64,000 nucleotides of DNA from positions 1,376,001 to 1,440,000 of the forward strand of contig CAVXGK010000002.1 of NCBI GenBank assembly GCA_963761305.1. The letters are read 5' to 3'. The position numbers were made by a program, and so were the translations under genes. Below are positions 9,305 through 17,519 of the stretch, one piece after another. The number at the start of each line of letters is the position of its first letter. The stretch's first letter is position 1. Origin of the DNA: an uncultured Gemmatimonadaceae bacterium. GTDB lineage: Bacteria; Gemmatimonadota; Gemmatimonadetes; Gemmatimonadales; Gemmatimonadaceae. The notes beneath the pieces were generated by a model that worked only from the letters and a program-made list of their open reading frames with translations, searched no databases and was not told the DNA's origin.

Positions 9305-9463
9305 ATGGCCCTCCGCGCGTTCGGCGATGGGACGCAAACCGCCAAATGGCTATCGCGACCGAGCGGCCTGTTCGACGGCCACTCGCCGCTATTCGTTGCG
9401 ACGACGAGCAGCACCGGTTGCGCGCACGTGTGCCGCGTGCTCGACAGTTTGGTTGACGACTGA
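9305..9463 (+). pseudogene. Xre/MbcA/ParS antitoxin C-terminal domain (DUF2384-like) mini-ORF, possibly 5'-damaged
   Basis: Not in the ORF track. Translates as MALRAFGDGTQTAKWLSRPSGLFDGHSPLFVATTSSTGCAHVCRVLDSLVDD*, matching the FG…A..WL..P…..G..PL…..G…V…L pattern. In-frame stop upstream at 9254. Confidence 0.6.
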
Positions 9464-9754
9464 GCTGCCGATAGTCGTCTTTACGGTGTCCGGACGCGAT
9501 CCTCACGGGTGTAGAGGACGACGACCGCACACAGATTGCGTCCCTTGCTCTGAAACTCCATGGGTGCGCCTCGTCGATCCACAGCTCGGCGGCTGGAATT
9601 CTTCGGCGTCGAAGTCGGTGCGAAGTTTCCGGGCGCGTCTTTGACAACGATCTTGGGCGTGCAGCTCCGTTTCCCCCGAGTATGAGGACCCGTCATCCCA
9701 CGACGGGCCACGACCGCGGTGACTGAAAATCCAGCAAGCCGGCGGTGAGATCGA

Positions 9755-11071
9755 TCACTTCCGCGGTCCGTTGATCCAGTCCACGACCAGCGCCGGAAAC
9801 CCGTCGGCATACCTGGGCCAACCCAGTGCGTCGGCCGGCGGGACGCGTAAGGCATGATCGGCGCCGCCGAGCACGCGAACGGTGACCACGGTGTCGTGAT
9901 TTGACGTGAGTATACCGGTAATCGCGTCGATGCTCTTGCGCGGCGGAACCACTTCGTCTCGCTCGCCGTACAGCAGCAGCACCGGCACGTCGACCGCCGC
10001 CCATGCCCGCCGATTGTCGGCGTTTCCGACGGACCGGTACCACTCCCAGATCCAGTCCGCATCGTCGGGCAGCCCCAGATGCTCATACCACGCTGCCGAC
10101 CGATGTTTCGCCTCGTCGGCGTGGAGCTGATCACGTGACAGCCCACCGCGCGCAGCGTCCACGAACTCCCGATAGAGCGACATTGCGTCGCGAAGCTCCT
10201 GGCCACTGTATCGCTTCGTCAACATCGTCTCGACGCGATAAAGGTCCTGTTCGTACTGCGGCCCGACGTTGCCGTCCGCGTCGACGATCCACCGCACTTC
10301 GGTGTTGCCGGCCGCCACCATCGGCGCGATGAAGCCCCCCTGGCTGTGGCCATACGCGCCCACGCGACGAGGGTCGACGTCCTCCCGGCCCGCGAGAACA
10401 TGGACCGCCGCCTTCGCATCCCGCGCGAGATCGTCGAGGGTACTCGTTTTCCAATCGCCAGTGGATTCACCGACGCCGCGCTTGTCATAGATGAGCGCGA
10501 CAACGCCTCGACGCGCGACATAGTCGGCGAGGAAGCCATTGGCCCATCGCCCCTCGGCCCCCGACCCGTGAATGAATACGACGGCGGGATGCCGGCCCGG
10601 CGTCCGCGGCGATAGCACTGTGCCCGCCAGCTCGACGCCTCCATTGCTGAAGCGGACGGACGTCGACGCATACGGTTTGTCCGTCGATGCCGACACGCGA
10701 TGCAGCGAGAACGTGCCTTGAGACGAGCCCTCGGTGATCGTTCCCCCGATCGAGTCGGCGGCGACGCGGCCCGCGAAGACCATCGTCGTCTGGTCGCCTA
10801 CTAACTCCCAGTGCACGTCTGACCGGAGTCGCACGTTCCGAAGCGGCACGTCCATCGCACCCAAGTCTCCCGCCGTAAAGAACCCTCGGCTGGGACTGCC
10901 CGTCGGCAGGTCGACGGCAATGGGCAGCGCCGATGCCCCCCGCCGCATCGTGCCCTCCCACCGGCCGTTCGCGGGCGATTGCGCTTTAGCGTTTGCGGAT
11001 ACCAGGAGAATGGCCGCACTCGCGAGCCATCGCGCCGGCAGCCTGTCGGCTCTGAAGAAGGATGTGTTCAT
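9755..11071 (-). CDS. Secreted alpha/beta hydrolase (peptidase S9/S15-like)
   Basis: Signal peptide, HGSG, YDKRGVGES, GHSQGG nucleophile motif, GERDEVV, GADH. Confidence 0.85.
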   Translation of the reverse strand: MNTSFFRADRLPARWLASAAILLVSANAKAQSPANGRWEGTMRRGASALPIAVDLPTGSPSRGFFTAGDLGAMDVPLRNVRLRSDVHWELVGDQTTMVFAGRVAADSIGGTITEGSSQGTFSLHRVSASTDKPYASTSVRFSNGGVELAGTVLSPRTPGRHPAVVFIHGSGAEGRWANGFLADYVARRGVVALIYDKRGVGESTGDWKTSTLDDLARDAKAAVHVLAGREDVDPRRVGAYGHSQGGFIAPMVAAGNTEVRWIVDADGNVGPQYEQDLYRVETMLTKRYSGQELRDAMSLYREFVDAARGGLSRDQLHADEAKHRSAAWYEHLGLPDDADWIWEWYRSVGNADNRRAWAAVDVPVLLLYGERDEVVPPRKSIDAITGILTSNHDTVVTVRVLGGADHALRVPPADALGWPRYADGFPALVVDWINGPRK

Positions 11072-11099
11072 GAACCCCACACTACGCCGTGGCCGCTGG

Positions 11100-11134
11100 T
11101 GGCCACAATGGCCAATTCCCGACGATTTCGGCCA
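11100..11134 (-). promoter_or_regulatory. Putative GlxA/AraC operator upstream of the hydrolase
   Basis: TGGCCGAAATCGTCGGGAATTGGCCATTGTGGCCA on the minus strand, homologous to 12180-12214 and at the same distance from the ATG. Confidence 0.6.
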
Positions 11135-11161
11135 TGCTTTACCGGTCCAGCGATCCACCGT

Positions 11162-12151
11162 CTACTTCACGCTAAACCTCGCCCGATACGCCGTCGGCGA
11201 AACACCGAACCGCCTCTCGAACGCTCGCGCGAAAACGTCTTCGCTGGAATAGCCGACGGAGCGGGCCACAGCCGTGACGGTAACGCGGCGTGCAGTCAGT
11301 CGTTCGCTGGCGAGGCCCAGCCGGAGCTCTTCGACGAACGAGGCCGGCGTCGCTCCGAACTCGTTCTTGAATGCCCGCGCGAAGTGACGCACGCTCATGT
11401 TCGCGCGATTGGCGAGTGTCTCGACACTGAGATCGGCGCTGAGATGGCTCTGGATCCATGCGGCGAGATCGCCGAAGTTGTCGGTCGCCTCTACCTGAAA
11501 GCGGAGCGGCTCGGAGAATTGTTGCTGGCCGCCGGGTCGCTTGAAGTACACCACCAGCTCACGTGCGACGGCAAGCGCGACCTGGCTGCCCAGGTCCTCC
11601 TCGATCATCGCCAGCGCGAGGTCGATCCCCGCCGTAACTCCCGCGGACGTATAGAAGCGGCCGTCCTTGATGAAGATCGCATCCGGCGCGACCTCGAGAC
11701 GCGGATAGCGGCGGCCGATGTCGCGAGACGCGCTCCAGTGCGTCGTGACGCGGCGTCCGTCGAGTAGGCCCGTTGGGGCAAGGCCGTACAATCCCGTGCA
11801 AACGCTGGCGATGCGACGAACCGACCCTTCGATCGACGAGATCCACTCAGCGGTCTTCTCACTGACGCCGGGTCGACGGAGCCCGGCCCCTCCCGGGATG
11901 ACGAGCGTGTCGAGACGTAGCCTCGAGCTCGCGGTCGCGTCGGCGTGCATGACAAACCCCGCGCTCGTCGTAAATCGTTTCGCCGTGAGGCCAATGATGA
12001 CTATCTCATACGGCCGAGGGCCGGCGTTTTCGGCTAGCAAGTCCGAATCGAACACGTCGGACCCGAAAGCATCGGCCGGACCGACGATGTCAAGCGCCTG
12101 GACGCCGTCGAAGCCGAGGAAGCCGACGCGGCGCGGTGTGTCGTTGGGCAT
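11162..12151 (-). CDS. GlxA-family transcriptional regulator (DJ-1/PfpI domain plus AraC HTH)
   Basis: LDIVGPADAF, IASVCTG, TTHW, TSAGVTAGIDLAL, KRPGGQQQFS and a C-terminal double HTH. Confidence 0.92.
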   Translation of the reverse strand: MPNDTPRRVGFLGFDGVQALDIVGPADAFGSDVFDSDLLAENAGPRPYEIVIIGLTAKRFTTSAGFVMHADATASSRLRLDTLVIPGGAGLRRPGVSEKTAEWISSIEGSVRRIASVCTGLYGLAPTGLLDGRRVTTHWSASRDIGRRYPRLEVAPDAIFIKDGRFYTSAGVTAGIDLALAMIEEDLGSQVALAVARELVVYFKRPGGQQQFSEPLRFQVEATDNFGDLAAWIQSHLSADLSVETLANRANMSVRHFARAFKNEFGATPASFVEELRLGLASERLTARRVTVTAVARSVGYSSEDVFARAFERRFGVSPTAYRARFSVK

Positions 12152-12179
12152 GGCGCAAACGGTACGCCACGGCGGCGAA

Positions 12180-12214
12180 TGCCCGCAATGACCATCGGCC
12201 GACGTTTTCGGCCA
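12180..12214 (-). promoter_or_regulatory. Putative autoregulatory GlxA/AraC operator
   Basis: TGGCCGAAAACGTCGGCCGATGGTCATTGCGGGCA on the minus strand. Confidence 0.6.
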
Positions 12215-12327
12215 CGACCCGCGCACAGGCCGGTCATTATGGTCCCTTAATGTGCGGTCTGTGCCCTCGATGACTATGGGGGCGATCGTCTCCAGCAGTC
12301 AAGCGAGCGGAGCGACGATGACGTAGC

Positions 12328-12462
12328 TCAGTCGTCAACCCAACTATCGAGCACCCGACACACGTGCGCGCAGCCGGCGCTACTCGTCGACGCAACGAAC
12401 AACGGCGAGTGGCCATTGAACAGGCCACTCGGTTGCGACAGCCATTCGGCCGCTTGTGTCCG
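12328..12462 (-). pseudogene. Second, 5'-truncated Xre/MbcA/ParS antitoxin-domain remnant (inverted paralog of 9305-9463)
   Basis: Translates as RTQAAEWLSQPSGLFNGHSPLFVASTSSAGCAHVCRVLDSWVDD*. No start codon, and an in-frame stop lies just upstream. Confidence 0.6.
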
Positions 12463-12541
12463 TGACCGCCGTCACCGGCTTACCCAACGCCGAGCGTGGA
12501 CCCGGATGCCGTTTACGTCTTGGTAAGACGGACGCGTCAAA

Positions 12542-12561
12542 GCTTAACGCCGGCTTAACGC
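12542..12561 (+). promoter_or_regulatory. OmpR-type tandem binding site
   Basis: GCTTAACGC-CG-GCTTAACGC direct repeat with an 11-bp period, ~50 bp before the response regulator. Confidence 0.55.
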
Positions 12562-12609
12562 GACCTCTGCGTCTTATGCGCGGGCCGGTTCTTGGCGTAC
12601 TCTTGCTTC

Positions 12610-13308
12610 ATGCGATTGCTCGTTGTGGAGGACGATCCTCAGTTAGGGCCGATGCTCGCTCGCGGCCTCCGCGAGCACGCGTACGCCGTCGATCTCGTCG
12701 CTGATGGCGCCGACGCAGCACGGTACGCCGCACTGCACGAGTACGATGCGGTGGTGCTCGACTACATGCTTCCGCATCGTGACGGCGTCGCCGTGGCCCG
12801 CGCGCTGCGCGCCAGAGGTCTCCAGATACCAATTCTGATGCTCACAGCCCGCGACGCGATCGTCGATCGAGTCGCGGGGCTCGACGCCGGCGCCGACGAC
12901 TATCTCGTGAAGCCGTTCGCCTTCGACGAACTCTTGGCGCGACTACGAGCTCTGGTGCGTCGTGGCGGCGTGGTGTTGCCGGCCGTCCTCACGCTCGGCG
13001 ACCTCACGATCGATACACGCGCGCAGCGCGTCGAGAAACGCGGTGTGCACGTGCCGCTCACTGCAAAGGAGTACGCGTTGCTGGATTATCTCGCGCGGCG
13101 ACGCGGTGTACTCGTGTCCCGCGCCGACATCACGGCGCACGTGTGGGATGAGAATCACGATCCCTCGAGCAACACCCTCGAGGTGTACATCAATCGTCTG
13201 CGCAAGAAGATCGACGACGCCGATGCGCCGTCGCACATCCAGACGCGCCGGGGCGCGGGCTATCTATTCGACGTGCCCGCACCGGCACTGCCGGACTCGC
13301 GGCCGTGA
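12610..13308 (+). CDS. OmpR/PhoB-family response regulator (CusR/CzcR-like)
   Basis: LLVVEDD, VLDYMLP, GLDAGADDYLVKPF, winged helix YINRLRKKID…TRRGAGY. Confidence 0.95.
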   Translation: MRLLVVEDDPQLGPMLARGLREHAYAVDLVADGADAARYAALHEYDAVVLDYMLPHRDGVAVARALRARGLQIPILMLTARDAIVDRVAGLDAGADDYLVKPFAFDELLARLRALVRRGGVVLPAVLTLGDLTIDTRAQRVEKRGVHVPLTAKEYALLDYLARRRGVLVSRADITAHVWDENHDPSSNTLEVYINRLRKKIDDADAPSHIQTRRGAGYLFDVPAPALPDSRP

Positions 13309-14789
13309 TTCGCACCAACGTCCGCACACGCCTCTCCATCTGGCACAGCGGACTGCTCGCATTCCTGGTGACCATGTTTGCCGTGGCGAGCTATGGCTTT
13401 CTGCGCCGAACCGAGTTGGCGCGAATCGATAGCACCCTCCAGGAGCAGTCGGAGATCGTGGCGCAGTCAATGGCCGCTGTCGCGGCCGGTGGTACCCTCA
13501 CGCGCATTGACACGGTCGGGATGCTCGCCGTGATGCACGACCTTCGTGCCCGCGGGTTGCGCGCCTGGGTCGTCGACGGCGCCGGACGACCGATCGTCAC
13601 CACGGCCATGGTCCACGAGGGCGAGGGTGCGGCCGAGGAGCGGCGCGTGCTCGGCGACACGCTGCCCGCCGCGGTGTTGCGCGACGTCGGCCCGGTCGCC
13701 GGGACGCGTATCGTCCAACAGACGGTCTCGACCGCCTCGGGGCGCGCGCGCCTGTATGGGGCGCCGCTCCCCGAGGTGCTCGGCGCCGGGGCCGTCATCG
13801 TCTCGACGTCCATTCGCGACCTCGATGCGTTGTTGCGGGATGCGCGCAACGCCGCAGTCGCGGCGGTGCTCGTGGCGGTGCTGCTCTCGGTAGTTGCCGG
13901 GTACGTCCTGGCACGCCAAAGCTTGGTCCCGGTGACGGCGATGAGCCAGCAAGCGGACCGCATCGGGGCCGCGAATCTGCACGAGCGACTCCCGGTCACG
14001 AATCCGCACGACGAGCTCGGACATCTCGCGGAGACGTTCAATCGCATGCTGGACCGGGTCGACAATGCGTTCGAGCAGCAACGCCGCTTCATGGCCGACG
14101 CGTCGCACGAGCTCCGGACGCCTGTCGCGATTCTGCGCGGCGAGGCGGACCTCGCGCTCTTGTCGGACGGGCGGACGCGCGAGGAATACCGCGGTGCGCT
14201 CGTCGTGGTGCACGACGCCGCCGATCGGTTGTCGCGAACGGTCAACGACGTTTTCCTGCTGGCGCGCGTCGATGCGAGCCAGGTGCCGACGGCACCCGCA
14301 CCACTCTACCTCGACGAGCTCGTCGCCGATACCTGCCGTGCGATGCGGTCGCTCGCCGCGCAGCGCGGTGTCACGCTGACGTGCGAAACCGCCGGTGAGA
14401 TTCCCTACGTCGGCGATAGCGTGCTGCTTGAGCGACTCGTAATGAACCTCGTCGACAACGCGATCAAGTACTCGGACGACGGCGGGACAGTGAGCGCTCG
14501 CCTCGACCGCAACGCGCAGGGCGTCTGGCTCACCGTCGTGAACGGCGGCCCCGGCATTCCCGCCGAAGCGCAACCGCACGTGTTCGATCGGTTCTATCGC
14601 GTCGATGCCGCGCGTACGGCGGCGGCGCGCGGTGCGGCCATCAGCAGTGGAAGCGGTCTCGGACTTGCCATCGCGCGGTGGATCGCCGAATTGCACGGCG
14701 GCGCCGTCGAGTTGACGGCGTCGGAGCCGGGGCGAACGGCCTTCACGTTTCGCTTGCCGCCGGAGCCCAGGCTTCAGGAGAGCGCATAG
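13305..14789 (+). CDS. HAMP-domain sensor histidine kinase
   Basis: Two TM segments, HAMP domain, ADASHELRTP H-box, NLVDNAIKY, GSGLGLAI. Confidence 0.95.
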   Translation: MIRTNVRTRLSIWHSGLLAFLVTMFAVASYGFLRRTELARIDSTLQEQSEIVAQSMAAVAAGGTLTRIDTVGMLAVMHDLRARGLRAWVVDGAGRPIVTTAMVHEGEGAAEERRVLGDTLPAAVLRDVGPVAGTRIVQQTVSTASGRARLYGAPLPEVLGAGAVIVSTSIRDLDALLRDARNAAVAAVLVAVLLSVVAGYVLARQSLVPVTAMSQQADRIGAANLHERLPVTNPHDELGHLAETFNRMLDRVDNAFEQQRRFMADASHELRTPVAILRGEADLALLSDGRTREEYRGALVVVHDAADRLSRTVNDVFLLARVDASQVPTAPAPLYLDELVADTCRAMRSLAAQRGVTLTCETAGEIPYVGDSVLLERLVMNLVDNAIKYSDDGGTVSARLDRNAQGVWLTVVNGGPGIPAEAQPHVFDRFYRVDAARTAAARGAAISSGSGLGLAIARWIAELHGGAVELTASEPGRTAFTFRLPPEPRLQESA

Positions 14790-14858
14790 CCGGCGTTTAT
14801 CCAGGGTTCAGGTCGATGCGACAGCTTTGATCTGTACTTCACCGAGAGAGTCCCACCC

Positions 14859-15353
14859 GTGGTGTCCGTCGATCAGATCGCGCACTGGCTGCTTCCTTGG
14901 AACCACGCGTTCGCGCACTCTAAATGGGTGGCCGGCACGGTGACCGGCTCCCACATCATTTCTCTAATGTTCGGCGGTGGGCTCGCGATCGCAGCCGACC
15001 GGACGACGCTCCGAGTCGATCGCGCCGACTCCGAGGCTCGCGACGAGCAGATCCGCGAGATTCGTGCGGTTCACGCACCGGTGCTCGTGTCGCTGGTGGT
15101 GCTCCTGGTGAGTGGGGTGCTGCTCGGCGCGTCCGACGTCGAGACGTTCCTGCCGTCCATCTGGTTCTGGATCAAGATCGCGCTCGTCGCCCTCCTCATG
15201 ATCAACGGCTCGGTGCTCGCGTTGACCGAACGGCGGCTTGGTGGCGGGCTCACGGACGGAGGCTGGACCCGATTGCGAACGCTCGCCTGGGCGAGCATCG
15301 CGCTGTGGACGGCGACAGCGGTGGTCGGGATCGTCCTCTCGAACATCTCCTGA
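14859..15353 (+). CDS. Four-TM membrane protein (DUF6644/DUF2214-like)
   Basis: HIISLMFGGG…D, SGVLL, FWIKIAL…NG, SIALW. Confidence 0.65.
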   Translation: MVSVDQIAHWLLPWNHAFAHSKWVAGTVTGSHIISLMFGGGLAIAADRTTLRVDRADSEARDEQIREIRAVHAPVLVSLVVLLVSGVLLGASDVETFLPSIWFWIKIALVALLMINGSVLALTERRLGGGLTDGGWTRLRTLAWASIALWTATAVVGIVLSNIS

Positions 15354-15364
15354 ACGCCGCCGCG

Positions 15365-15922
15365 TCAAGAGAGTTTGACGAGAGCGGCCGCCCACTGGGT
15401 TCCGTCGCTGTCTTCTTGAAACAGTTTGTCGAGGTCGACGGTGACGGTGTCACCGGTGCGAACGACGGCAAACCGATCCATGTTTCGCGTTGCGCGGCCG
15501 CTGTCGGGGACGTAGTCACCGTTCGGCTGAAAGCGGGAATGGTGCTTCGGGCATTCGAACTGATGGTCGGCGTCCGACCAGCGCAGTGCCGTGTTCTGAT
15601 GCGGGCACGAGAGATCGAAGGCGTACACCGCGCCCTGCCAGCGCACGAGAATGACGTCGTTCTTCTTGTCGATCTGCGCTCCGTCCGCGGTCGGGATCGG
15701 GTAGCCCACCGTTTGGTCGGGGCGCCGCTTGCCGTCGATGAAATCGAGTGGCATCGCCAGTGCCGATGCCCGGCTCACGCCAACGGCGACCAGCGCACCC
15801 GCCATGCTCAGCAACGTCTCTCGCAAAAAGCGCCGCCGGCTCGTGGGCAGCTCGCAGCCGGCGCAGTCAGTCGCACCCGGCGTCGGCTCGTCGTTTGCTA
15901 TGGTCGTCATCGCTTCGCTCAT
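15365..15922 (-). CDS. Tat-exported Rieske [2Fe-2S] protein
   Basis: SRRRFL Tat motif and CPHQ…CPKHHSRF ligands. Confidence 0.88.
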   Translation of the reverse strand: MSEAMTTIANDEPTPGATDCAGCELPTSRRRFLRETLLSMAGALVAVGVSRASALAMPLDFIDGKRRPDQTVGYPIPTADGAQIDKKNDVILVRWQGAVYAFDLSCPHQNTALRWSDADHQFECPKHHSRFQPNGDYVPDSGRATRNMDRFAVVRTGDTVTVDLDKLFQEDSDGTQWAAALVKLS

Positions 15923-16126
15923 GGTTCACGACATGGTGCATCCTGTGCGTTCTCGTACCCCATTCGCAAGATGCGGTTCGCCGCGATCTCGTATTTATCA
16001 AGCGTTAAGGAAAGAAAGGATCGGCCCGCTGTCGCCACCTCCGCTTCGCCGGCGGAACCCGGGTACGCCGCGGACGAGCGTGTCGTTAGACAAACGAGCT
16101 TCTTGCTCATGACGCGGAGTAGCGTG

Positions 16127-16624
16127 ATGGATCAAAACAAGAGTCGAGCGGCGTGCTCGGGTTGTCTGATTGCTGATTCCCCGCGAATCGGTGCACTCCC
16201 ACCGGTCGGCGAAGGGATCGGGCGGCGCACGTTCCTCGTGCAATCGGGCATTCTCGCGGCGATGGCGGCGCTCGCAGCGTGCGGCGCAACCGGCGATTCG
16301 ACGGCGCCCACTGTGCCGGCGAACAGCCAGATCAACGTCGGAAATTACCCGACGCTCGCGAACGTCGGCGGTGTTGCGCTGGTTTCGCTCGGCAGCGCGC
16401 CCGTCGCGATCGTCCGCATTTCGGCGACGTCGTTCATCGCCCTGTCGCGAGTGTGCCCGCACCAAGGCGGCATCGTCAACGAGTCAAACAACCGGTTCGT
16501 GTGCCCGAATCACGGCGCCACCTTCGACCTGAACGGCAACTGGATCGGTGGGCAGCCAACGTCGAATATGCATCAATACGCGACGACCTATGACGCCGGA
16601 TCGAACACGTTGACAATCAGTTGA
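16127..16624 (+). CDS. Tat lipoprotein Rieske [2Fe-2S] protein
   Basis: GGAG RBS, GRRTFL, LAAC lipobox, CPHQG…CPNHGATF. Confidence 0.88.
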   Translation: MDQNKSRAACSGCLIADSPRIGALPPVGEGIGRRTFLVQSGILAAMAALAACGATGDSTAPTVPANSQINVGNYPTLANVGGVALVSLGSAPVAIVRISATSFIALSRVCPHQGGIVNESNNRFVCPNHGATFDLNGNWIGGQPTSNMHQYATTYDAGSNTLTIS

Positions 16625-16658
16625 TGGACGAAACTCACGCCAACCAACCCACATTCAC

Positions 16659-17246
16659 ATGTTCGCCTCGACCCTGCTGCTTCTTGCGATCGTGCGCCCA
16701 CCGGTCGACACGCCGACAGTGCAACGGTCGATCCTCGACACGACGTCCGTCGTTCCTATCGAAGTGGCCGCGCCGCTCGACACGCCGGTGGTGAGGCGAC
16801 GCGCGATCCAGTACAGCGATCAGTACTACACGCGCCTCACGATTCATCGATTCGGCAGCTACCTGATGCTGCCGTTGTTCGTCGGCGAGTACGCACTTGG
16901 TCAGAATCTGATCAACGACGCGAATCCGCCAACCTGGATCAAGCCGACCCACCTGGGCGTTGCCTTGGGCATTGGAGGACTGTTCACCGTCAACACGGTG
17001 ACCGGAGCCATGAATCTCTGGGAGTCGCGCGACGATCCGTCGAACCGCGGGTTGCGTATCACCCACACGGTGCTGATGCTGGCGTCGGACGCCGGCTTCG
17101 CGATCACCGGCGCGCTCACGCCGCAAAGGCACTCGTTCGACTTCGCCGAGATTCAGGCCTCTCGGAATCGTCACCGCAACTGGGCACTCGGCTCGATGGC
17201 CCTCTCCACGGCGGGGACTGCGTTGATGTGGTTCGTGAAGCACTGA
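16659..17246 (+). CDS. Hypothetical membrane protein with His-bearing helices (cytochrome b-like is possible)
   Basis: Signal-like N-terminus and about four TM helices, each with a nearby His (TIHR, PTHL, ITHT, RHRN). Confidence 0.6.
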   Translation: MFASTLLLLAIVRPPVDTPTVQRSILDTTSVVPIEVAAPLDTPVVRRRAIQYSDQYYTRLTIHRFGSYLMLPLFVGEYALGQNLINDANPPTWIKPTHLGVALGIGGLFTVNTVTGAMNLWESRDDPSNRGLRITHTVLMLASDAGFAITGALTPQRHSFDFAEIQASRNRHRNWALGSMALSTAGTALMWFVKH

Positions 17247-17336
17247 ACACTTGCCTGCGCGGGCCTCGGCAAGCAGACAGTGGCGTTCGGGATTTCGCGA
17301 GGTGAGCCCACCGCAAGCCTTGGAGTCGGGACTGAA

Positions 17337-17504
17337 ATGGGAAGCCAGACGACTACCGTCCTCTACATAGCGCTGTTGATCGCCACTGTCGCGGCCGTCG
17401 ATCTCCTGTTCTTCAGAAATCAGTTCTGGGGGCGACTGACGGTGAATATCGGCATCGTCTTGGTATTCTCAGCCTTCTACTTCAGATACCTGAAACGTCC
17501 CTGA
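17337..17504 (+). CDS. Small two-TM membrane protein
   Basis: GGAG upstream. VDLLFFRNQFWGRLTVNIGIVLVFSAFYFRYLK. Confidence 0.6.
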   Translation: MGSQTTTVLYIALLIATVAAVDLLFFRNQFWGRLTVNIGIVLVFSAFYFRYLKRP

Positions 17505-17519
17505 GCCGCGCTAGTTCCG

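Noticed and set aside
9183..9647. ORFs 9183-9644 (+) and 9177-9647 (-) as genes
   Set aside because: They have no motifs. The recognisable peptide is in a different frame (9305-9463).
9305..12462. Composite transposon with IS ends
   Set aside because: No transposase or target-site duplication is visible, and the inverted segments are protein-coding remnants.
14924..16126. N-terminal ~400 aa of the 566-aa ORF as part of the Rieske protein
   Set aside because: It overlaps two real genes. The RBS and Tat signal place the start at 16127.
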